Part shown: positions 58,386 through 64,000 of the stretch, in pieces
Layout of the letters: each line of letters begins with the position of its first letter
Position numbering within the stretch: the stretch's first letter is position 1
Assembly: GCA_035291665.1 (NCBI GenBank)
Contig: DATDRP010000002.1
Location: 1,085 to 65,084 of the forward strand
DNA from: Patescibacteria group bacterium
GTDB lineage: Bacteria; Patescibacteriota; Microgenomatia; UBA8517
Direction: 5' to 3'
Length of the DNA stretch: 64,000 nucleotides
Notes under the pieces: model-generated
Database searches by the model: none
Told to the model about the DNA's origin: nothing
The model's input: only the letters and a program-made list of their open reading frames with translations
Position numbers and translations under genes: made by a program

Positions 58386-59567
58386 ATGGATAAATATAAG
58401 TGGATTAAAGAAGTATTAAACACCCAAAAAGAAAATAATTTATATATTAATTTCCGGGAAATCCAATCTTCAATGGGTTCTTCACTGAAAGTGGACGGTA
58501 AAATAGTTATAAATCTTTGTGCTAATAATTATCTTGGTTTAGCGTCTGATGAAAGACTGAAAAAAGCTGCCGTTGATGCAATAAAAAAGTTCGGTATAGG
58601 TCCGGCTGCAGTCCGGACGATTGCGGGAACCACGCTCCTTCATAATGAATTGGAAAGGAAACTGGCAAAATTCAAAAAGTCTCAAGATGTCATTACTTTC
58701 CAATCGGGATTCGTTGCCAATATGGCAGTAATACCAATCCTGGTATCGGAAAACGATGTAATTTATTCAGATGAACTGAATCACGCATCAATAATAGACG
58801 GCTGTAAACTCAGTAAAGCCGAGGTCATTCGGTATAAACATTTGGATACAAAAGATTTGGAAAATAAGATAAAAAACCGAAAATTAAAAACCGACACCAG
58901 GCAACTAATAATAACCGATGGAGTATTTTCGATGGATGGTGATATTGCACCACTTCCGGAAATTGTAAAAGTAGCTAGAAAATACAATGCTTATACATTT
59001 GTGGATGATGCGCACGGTGAAGGAGTCCTCGGAAATAACGGCCGCGGAATTGTGGACCATTTCAATTTACACGGACAGGTTGATGTTGAAATCGGAACTC
59101 TTTCCAAAGCATTCGGAGTAGTAGGGGGTTTTGCCAGCGGTAAAAAAATCATAATTGATCTTTTACGTCAAAAAGCAAGACCCTTCTTATTTTCTTCCGC
59201 CCTTACTATTCCTGACACGGCTGCGGCGATAGCCGCAGTTGATATTCTCACAAAATCAGGAAGTCTTGTCAAAAAACTTTGGAGCAACTCGGATTATTTC
59301 AAGTCTCAAATGAAAAACAACGGTTTTGACATCGGAACAAGTGCTACGCCAATTACTCCTGTCATGCTGGGAGATGAAAAACTGGCAAAAAACTTTGCAA
59401 AGAAACTCTTCGAAAACGGCATTTTTGCAACTCCGATAACTTATCCGACGGTTGCGTTGGGAAAAGCCAGAATCAGAGTAATGATTAGCGCCTCCCATTC
59501 CAAAAAGGAACTTGATAAAGCTGTTAAAGAATTTGAAAAGGTGGGAAGAGATTTAAATGTAATTTAA
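58386..59567 (+). CDS. kbl: Glycine C-acetyltransferase (2-amino-3-ketobutyrate CoA ligase, AOS family)
   Basis: [38 protein letters not shown]; adjacent to the Tdh-like SDR. Confidence 0.85.
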   Translation: MDKYKWIKEVLNTQKENNLYINFREIQSSMGSSLKVDGKIVINLCANNYLGLASDERLKKAAVDAIKKFGIGPAAVRTIAGTTLLHNELERKLAKFKKSQDVITFQSGFVANMAVIPILVSENDVIYSDELNHASIIDGCKLSKAEVIRYKHLDTKDLENKIKNRKLKTDTRQLIITDGVFSMDGDIAPLPEIVKVARKYNAYTFVDDAHGEGVLGNNGRGIVDHFNLHGQVDVEIGTLSKAFGVVGGFASGKKIIIDLLRQKARPFLFSSALTIPDTAAAIAAVDILTKSGSLVKKLWSNSDYFKSQMKNNGFDIGTSATPITPVMLGDEKLAKNFAKKLFENGIFATPITYPTVALGKARIRVMISASHSKKELDKAVKEFEKVGRDLNVI

Positions 59568-59577
59568 CCTTCTAGCT

Positions 59578-60600
59578 ATGAAAAGTAACCAAGACAAACA
59601 AATCCTTGTGACCGGGGCGAATGGTGAAATCGGACACGGACTTTTAACTGAGCTTCACAAAAAAGGTTACCTTATCGTTGCTATAGATATTAATGCGTTA
59701 GACAGGCGGCTCTACCCTTTCATTAAAAAGTTCCATAAAGTAAATATCACATCATCAATAACACTTGAGAAAATCTTTCAGAAATATAATTTCTCATCAA
59801 TATTTCACCTTGCTGCAGTTCTTTCAACAGGCGGAGAAAAAAATCCGGAGCTCGCCCATACGGTTAACGTAGAGGGAACTTTCAACCTATTGTCTCTCGC
59901 AAACAAATACGCACGAAGAAATAATCAGGTAATAAAATTTATTTATCCTTCCACAATTGCAGTATACGGAATGGGCAGTATTAAAGCAAAAAATCAATCT
60001 ATAAAAGTAAAAGAAAACGAATATCTTAAACCAATCACTATGTATGGTATTAATAAGCTATATTGCGAAAATCTCGGTAATTACTTTTCAACTTATTACT
60101 CACAGCTTAATGCTAAAAATTTATTCATCGATTTCCGGAGCGTGAGATTTCCGGGAATCATCAGTGCCGATACGATTCCGTCAGGAGGAACAAGTGATTA
60201 CGGACCCGAAATGCTGCATCATGCAGCAAAAGGACTTACGTACAAATGTTTTGTACGCCCGGACACGACTATGCCTTTCATGGTGATGTCAGACGCCGTA
60301 AAAGCATTAATTCAATTGAATGAAGCAGATATTAAATCACTAAAAACCAAAATTTATAATTTAACCTCATTTTCCGTAAGTGCAAGCGATTTTGAAAAAA
60401 TAATAAAAAAATATTTTTCATCTTTCGTGATAGATTATTTTGTTGATCAAAAAAGACAGCATATTGTCGACTCCTGGCCAAAAGATATGAATGACTCCAG
60501 TGCGAGAAAGGATTGGGGTTGGAAACCAAGATTTAATTTTGAAAAATCCTTCAAGGAATACCTCATCCCCGCGATAATGAAGAAGTATATGGAAATATAA
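59578..60600 (+). CDS. SDR-type L-threonine 3-dehydrogenase (GalE-like)
   Basis: GANGEIG, HLAA.LS..GE, P.TMYG.NK, R.PG.IS...P.GGTSDY, IVDSWP. Confidence 0.8.
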   Translation: MKSNQDKQILVTGANGEIGHGLLTELHKKGYLIVAIDINALDRRLYPFIKKFHKVNITSSITLEKIFQKYNFSSIFHLAAVLSTGGEKNPELAHTVNVEGTFNLLSLANKYARRNNQVIKFIYPSTIAVYGMGSIKAKNQSIKVKENEYLKPITMYGINKLYCENLGNYFSTYYSQLNAKNLFIDFRSVRFPGIISADTIPSGGTSDYGPEMLHHAAKGLTYKCFVRPDTTMPFMVMSDAVKALIQLNEADIKSLKTKIYNLTSFSVSASDFEKIIKKYFSSFVIDYFVDQKRQHIVDSWPKDMNDSSARKDWGWKPRFNFEKSFKEYLIPAIMKKYMEI

Positions 60601-60702
60601 CGCTTCTTATTGAGTAATTATCATCCGGAACCAATAGCCTCCACTCTTTTATCAATTGCATTTAAGCCTTGCTTTTGGCAACATTAACAAAAGGGGTTTT
60701 AA

Positions 60703-61932
60703 ATGAAAACTAAATTACCGAAATTACCCGATCTTTCACAAAATAATTTTATTAAACACTTTTCACTTTCAAACAAGCTTGTCGCTATTATTTTTGCAGT
60801 CTCAACATTGGCACTGGTTTCCCTTTTGTACCTGACTTTTCAAAAATCACTTAAAGTCCAAAAGGAATTGGGAAATTTGGGAAAGGAAAAATCCGATTTG
60901 ACAACTTCTTTGGAGCAAAGCCAAAAAGCCTTAGCTGAATTGGAAAATCAGGATCAATATAAAATTAATAAAGATCTCGAAAAAGAAATATTAAACATTC
61001 AAAATACATACAAAAAGGCAGTTGATGTATACGAAGACCTATTGGACTTGAAAACCAAGACCAAAGATACAGAAAAATTGGACGACTCTTTGGCAAAAGT
61101 ATTCACACTCCTATCCAAAAGGGATTATGAATCAGCCGAAAGCGAGCTTGCTTCTTTGAGTACTGAGATAAAAAAGCAGGAAGATGCAATTGCATCAACT
61201 TTTAAAATACCCGAAAATGTTCCGGCGTCCAATACTCCCCCAGGTTCGGGTTATTCAAGACAATCTGTCACAACCGATGCGGGAACGTTTCTTGTTTCCA
61301 TGGTTGCAGCGAACCTTTCTTCAACTAAAGTGATAGTTGATACAGCTTCCGATTCCAACTGTTCAGACAATTGTCCTGTATTGTCATTGGCGGAATATAT
61401 TTCAAGAAATGGAGCTTTTGCGGGAATAAACGGGTCGTATTTTTGTCCTGCAAGCTATCCATCTTGTGCCGGAAAAACCAATTCGTTTGATCTTTTAGTC
61501 ATGAATTACAAAAAAACATATTTTAATTCGGATAACAACGTCTATAGCAGCAATCCCGCCGTAATTTTCGGCGACGGCTATGTTCGCTTCGTTTCATCTG
61601 CATCAGAATGGGGACGCGACACTTCACCGTACGGAGTTCTATCCAATTACCCACTGCTTTTGATGAATAGCGAAATCAAATTCAGCGGCGGCGGAGACGA
61701 CAAATCAGTTGCCAAAGGTGGTCGAAGTTTCGTTGCCAACAAAGGCGGCACCATTTATATCGGAGTTGTTTTTTCGGCAACGATCGCAGAATCTGCAAAA
61801 GCCATGAAGTCGCTTGGTTTTGAAAATGCACTTAACCTGGACGATGGCGGTTCAACTGCACTCTGGAGCGGAGGCTACAAAGCAGGACCTGGCAGAAATA
61901 TTCCAAATGCAATTTTGTTTGTGGGAAAGTAG
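60703..61932 (+). CDS. Membrane-anchored coiled coil plus phosphodiester glycosidase (NAGPA-like) domain
   Basis: AGINGSYF, ALNLDDGGSTAL, R.IPNAI. Confidence 0.82.
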   Translation: MKTKLPKLPDLSQNNFIKHFSLSNKLVAIIFAVSTLALVSLLYLTFQKSLKVQKELGNLGKEKSDLTTSLEQSQKALAELENQDQYKINKDLEKEILNIQNTYKKAVDVYEDLLDLKTKTKDTEKLDDSLAKVFTLLSKRDYESAESELASLSTEIKKQEDAIASTFKIPENVPASNTPPGSGYSRQSVTTDAGTFLVSMVAANLSSTKVIVDTASDSNCSDNCPVLSLAEYISRNGAFAGINGSYFCPASYPSCAGKTNSFDLLVMNYKKTYFNSDNNVYSSNPAVIFGDGYVRFVSSASEWGRDTSPYGVLSNYPLLLMNSEIKFSGGGDDKSVAKGGRSFVANKGGTIYIGVVFSATIAESAKAMKSLGFENALNLDDGGSTALWSGGYKAGPGRNIPNAILFVGK

Positions 61933-61957
61933 AAATATAAAACTTCAAAAAATTTCA

Positions 61958-62302
61958 TTATGAGGAATATTTTAAAAACAGTCTCTCCCAATCAACATCC
62001 AGTTTTTTAATTTGTTTTTCAATATTTTTCAACGCCATGGCCAATTGGGGTTTTAAGTGAAAGTCCGGGGTGTTATTGACTTCCGCCCATTGAAGCCATA
62101 ACTGACGCCGTCTGTTATCTAAACCTTGTTTCACAAATTGGAATTGGACATGTTTACTCAAAGTGTTAAATTCGGGAAATGTCGCCAAATATTCGGGTTC
62201 ATATTCTCCGAGATCAACAGCTTTTTGGAGCGTCATGAACTGCTTAACCCGCGGTCTTCCGCCTTTTATTTGTTCACCTTTTTCCATTCCTTCAAATGCC
62301 AT
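61958..62302 (-). CDS. Hypothetical protein
   Basis: 114-aa ATG ORF. Confidence 0.65.
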   Translation of the reverse strand: MAFEGMEKGEQIKGGRPRVKQFMTLQKAVDLGEYEPEYLATFPEFNTLSKHVQFQFVKQGLDNRRRQLWLQWAEVNNTPDFHLKPQLAMALKNIEKQIKKLDVDWERLFLKYSS

Positions 62303-62321
62303 ATTTAAGGGTATTTTACAA

Positions 62322-63143
62322 CTATATTATTACTTTACATAATGTGCCGGGATATTCTATTTCATTTCCTCCGAAACTTCTTTTAAATCTTGTAAACCCT
62401 TTCCAGGATTTTAATGGATATCGCTCATCATAAATTCCTTCAAAATCGAATATCTTTTTTCCCTCTTTTTTTGCAGATTTAATCGCATCCCAGGCAACGA
62501 GCGTAGGAGTATAAGATTTTTTACCCTTATTGGTTGAAGCGGCATACATATAGTATGATATTTCCTTTGTGCTGACCCTGAGGATTGCAGACATCCAACC
62601 ACCGTCATCTTCAACAAAGTGAACCGAAGCATCTTTACCAAAAGATTTCGCCAGAGCGACAATTTCTTTTTTCTGACTGATAAACATACCCCTATTAAGA
62701 GCGCACCTCTGCCAAAAATCCGCAAACTTGTCAAAATTATTATTACTTTTCACTTTTAACTTTTCGCTTTGTACTTTTCGGATATTGTATCTTGTCTTAT
62801 GGTGCATCTCTTTCAAAAGCAGTTCTTCCGACTTTCCCAAATCAAGTTCCAGAGTTTTACTGGGTAGAAATGGTGAATTATTTTCTTTAAACCCCGATTT
62901 TATCAATTCATTAAACTGTATTTGGCTGCTCGGTTCAACATAAACTGTGGAAAGTTTAAAATTTTTTTCCAAAAAATGAATTAACGAATTCACGTTTAAC
63001 GAAGTCGGTCTTTGGATTTTTATAAACTTCCAAAATAAAACTCTTTTTACATGAATTTTAATACCATCAACCGTTTCCAACTCCCAACCAAGTTTCTTCA
63101 GATATTCGCCATATTTGTTGTTTTGTCTTAGATCGGCCAACAT
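62322..63143 (-). CDS. FemAB/FemX-like peptidoglycan bridge aminoacyltransferase
   Basis: LDL...LL.EMH.KTRYNIRK, YY.YAAS, FDFEGI, GFTRFK.SFGG. Confidence 0.87.
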   Translation of the reverse strand: MLADLRQNNKYGEYLKKLGWELETVDGIKIHVKRVLFWKFIKIQRPTSLNVNSLIHFLEKNFKLSTVYVEPSSQIQFNELIKSGFKENNSPFLPSKTLELDLGKSEELLLKEMHHKTRYNIRKVQSEKLKVKSNNNFDKFADFWQRCALNRGMFISQKKEIVALAKSFGKDASVHFVEDDGGWMSAILRVSTKEISYYMYAASTNKGKKSYTPTLVAWDAIKSAKKEGKKIFDFEGIYDERYPLKSWKGFTRFKRSFGGNEIEYPGTLCKVII

Positions 63144-63264
63144 TAATCAAAATAATATCATGATGGTGCCTGCGGGCATAGTCCGCTAAAATCCCCTCGT
63201 TAAATACGTTTTGAAAAATATCCTCCTTCAAGTATGTATATTTTTTTAATATAATTATTCGAAC

Positions 63265-64000
63265 ATGAACCAACTTGTGGCAATACTTTTACTATCAACT
63301 CTCGGGAGCATACTCGGGCTTGTGGGTGGAATAATTTTCTTGGCCACAAAAGGACTTGCAATAAAGCTTCGTCGTTATGCCGTTCCTTTCGCAGCCGGTG
63401 TGATTCTCTCTGCGACTTTTCTGGAACTTATCCCTGAATCGGTGGAGGCAATAGGTGAAAAGAGCTTTGTTTATATTCTATTTGCTTTTCTCGGATCGTT
63501 TTTATTCGAACAGTATTTCGCTACCATGCACCATCACGAAGGTAGAATATCGTCTCTTAACAATTCTATACCGTTAGTTTTATTCGGCGACACGATCCAT
63601 AATTTTATCGACGGAGTTACAATTGCTTCAGCCTATCTGACAAATCCATTTTTCGGGTTGACAGTCGCACTGGCGACATTTTTACATGAAGTTCCCCATG
63701 AAATAGGTGATTTTGGAATACTTTTATCTGCCGGTTGGAAAAAATCACACGCACTTCTGGCAAATTTATTTTCCGCATTTGCAACATTTGTCGGATCTGT
63801 AGTAGTCTACCTGTTCCTTCGCGATTTCAAAGATGTAATTGGGGTCCTTATTTCAATTTCGGCCGGTATATTTTTGTTTTTGGGAGCAACAGATTTCTTA
63901 CCCGAAGTGGGATCGGTTGCTAACCGGAAGAATAACAGGAAAGAAATATTAGTTGTTATACTGGGTGTATTGGCAATCTTCTTTTTGATTCGTTTGACCT
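63265..64000 (+). CDS. ZIP-family metal transporter (runs off the window)
   Basis: Manual translation from ATG 63265: FAAG, LIPE, HHH loop, HNFIDG, HEVPHEIGDFG. Confidence 0.92.
   Translation, partial: MNQLVAILLLSTLGSILGLVGGIIFLATKGLAIKLRRYAVPFAAGVILSATFLELIPESVEAIGEKSFVYILFAFLGSFLFEQYFATMHHHEGRISSLNNSIPLVLFGDTIHNFIDGVTIASAYLTNPFFGLTVALATFLHEVPHEIGDFGILLSAGWKKSHALLANLFSAFATFVGSVVVYLFLRDFKDVIGVLISISAGIFLFLGATDFLPEVGSVANRKNNRKEILVVILGVLAIFFLIRLT

Overview
AT-rich bacterial window (genetic code 11). Gene content and the many near-leaderless starts suggest a Patescibacteria/CPR, probably Microgenomates-like, genome (inference). The flanks carry housekeeping and envelope genes: F0F1 ATP synthase (atpI-B-E-F-H-A'), GT-C and GT2-GtrA glycosylation, a MacAB-like ABC exporter, pgeF, trmD, galE, ftsEX with a coiled-coil M23-like partner, prfB, FKBP, tgt, a ROK-GH15-GH57-GT4 alpha-glucan cluster, a membrane-anchored Clp ATPase, kbl/tdh, FemAB and a ZIP transporter. 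The accessory region (about 14-37 kb) holds five notable things. (1) A short, degenerate DnaE. (2) A REP-associated HUH tyrosine transposase (RAYT) with about 20 copies of a CACCC-nnn-GGGTGAAA REP core; a 56-bp palindromic form recurs in one orientation between single small genes at 26.9-30.3 kb, like a gene-cassette array without an integrase. (3) A second, covarying bulged-hairpin repeat family around a small GIY-YIG nuclease and in 5' leaders. (4) A Gram-positive-style surface/matrix module: sortase with an LPxTG-like substrate, a SipW fusion, TasA-family proteins, a TasA-RTX hybrid and two Asn/Asp-rich TGDA-repeat proteins. (5) An uncalled 55-aa DUF2292-like ORF upstream of a leader terminator. 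No rRNA, tRNA or CRISPR array was recognised. All calls come from motif reading; no database searches were run.
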